A DNA stretch of 28,207 nucleotides. It comes from Myxococcota bacterium. Its GTDB lineage: Bacteria > Myxococcota > JACRCW01. The stretch's first letter is position 1. Every line of letters begins with the position of its first letter. This document shows positions 27,477 to 28,207 of the stretch, one piece after another. The DNA is taken from NCBI GenBank assembly GCA_040752415.1, contig JBFMGU010000139.1, forward strand, positions 1-28,207, read 5' to 3'. The position numbers and the translations under genes are program-made. The notes under the pieces are model-generated. The model had not been told where the DNA came from. It saw only the letters and a program-made list of their open reading frames with translations, and ran no database searches.

Positions 27477-27661
27477 GGCGTCGGACCTGTCTCGTGCGGA
27501 AACGGGACTGGGGGCCTACCCCGGGGGGAGGAGCGCTGCAAAGCGCCGGTACCCTGGGCGACGCGCACGCATCATGGCCACGAGCGTGGACATGGCATCT
27601 CGCCGAGTGGGGACGTGGCGCAGCGCGTCGGGAGCGCGGGGGAAGCAGCTCCCAACACACA

Positions 27662-27704
27662 GGCAATATATTGCCATCTTGTGCGCCGAGGTCGGCAACA
27701 TATT
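27662..27704. promoter_or_regulatory. Putative transcription-factor operator pair upstream of putA
   Basis: Perfect 14-bp palindrome GGCAATATATTGCC (27662-27675) and a related site GGCAACATATT (27694-27704), 32 bp apart, in an AT-richer patch. Confidence 0.55.
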
Positions 27705-27885
27705 CAGCAGTCCGCGAGGGCAGGGGGCCCGGACGTCAACAGCTTCCTTCCGTGGTCCCCCGACACACCCTCCCCAACCAATCCACGCCACGCGCGTTAC
27801 CGCCATTCCGGGGTGGCACCCAAGGGGCGGTCGAAGGTCTGGTCGCCTCGGAAAGGGCACACCACGCGCGCCGCGGCGCGATGGG

Positions 27886-28207
27886 TCAGTGCAGGTACTC
27901 GCGCGGGTTGCTCTTCTTTCCGCCGTTGTAGACGGTGAAGTTCCGCATGCGCTGCCGGTAGCGCCAGTTCTTGAACCGTTCGATGGGGTTCAGGTCGGAG
28001 AGGTTCAGCGGGAAGCGTCGACGCAGCATCAGCCACGCCACGGCAATGCCGGTGAACTCCATGGCAATGGGCCAGAGGAACGCCTGGGCCTGCCACATGG
28101 TGAGCAGCCGGAAGATGACGGTGCCCCACAGCAGGTGGATGGCGCGCACCGGCAGGACGAAGAAGAGGAGGATCTGCGCGTCGGGCGCCATGAGGGCGAA
28201 CGCGGCC
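27886..28207 (-). CDS. Rhomboid-like intramembrane protein, C-terminal part (5'-partial)
   Basis: Frame is open to the window edge. AAFALMAPDAQILLFFVLPVRAIHLLW resembles rhomboid TM4-TM5; hydrophobic helices are followed by a basic cytoplasmic tail ...FTVYNGG...YLH. Confidence 0.6.
   Translation of the reverse strand, partial: AAFALMAPDAQILLFFVLPVRAIHLLWGTVIFRLLTMWQAQAFLWPIAMEFTGIAVAWLMLRRRFPLNLSDLNPIERFKNWRYRQRMRNFTVYNGGKKSNPREYLH

Noticed and set aside
27477..27660. Sigma54 promoter for putA
   Set aside because: Candidate GG...GC pairs on the minus strand that I checked have 11- or 12-nt spacing rather than the required 10.
27886..28207. Rhomboid-like protein as the sorting enzyme for the giant protein's C-terminal tag
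   Set aside because: Rhombosortases process GlyGly-CTERM, whereas this tail has the Cys-containing MYXO-CTERM pattern; the gene is 11 kb away and may be catalytically inactive.

Overview
GC-rich bacterial DNA, most likely Myxococcota (inferred from a MYXO-CTERM-like tail, a myxobacterial Cys-rich repeat and tandem PilT paralogues). Gene order: two tandem PilT/PilU-family ATPases (the first truncated by the window edge); a 14-kb gene for a ~4,670-aa surface protein (lipobox, RTX nonapeptides, Cys-rich repeat, uncharacterised globular domain, DUF11, 30 Ig/cadherin-like repeats, TSP3-like Asp-rich repeats, Ser/Gly linker, MYXO-CTERM); a divergent pair made of an SdiA-regulated/phytase-like beta-propeller and an 888-aa hypothetical protein; a DUF1684 protein followed by a Ski2/HelY-like DUF3516 helicase; putA on the minus strand; and the 3' end of a rhomboid-like membrane protein. 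The most novel-looking signal is the 888-aa protein, in which a near-complete set of CYTH/triphosphate-tunnel motifs appears in the correct order but spread over ~700 aa by large insertions. Other points of interest are the apparently doubly anchored giant adhesin, complementary His-box losses in the two PilT paralogues, a shared REP-like element in both convergent intergenic regions, and phased palindromic operators upstream of putA. All family calls come from motif recognition by eye; no searches were run.
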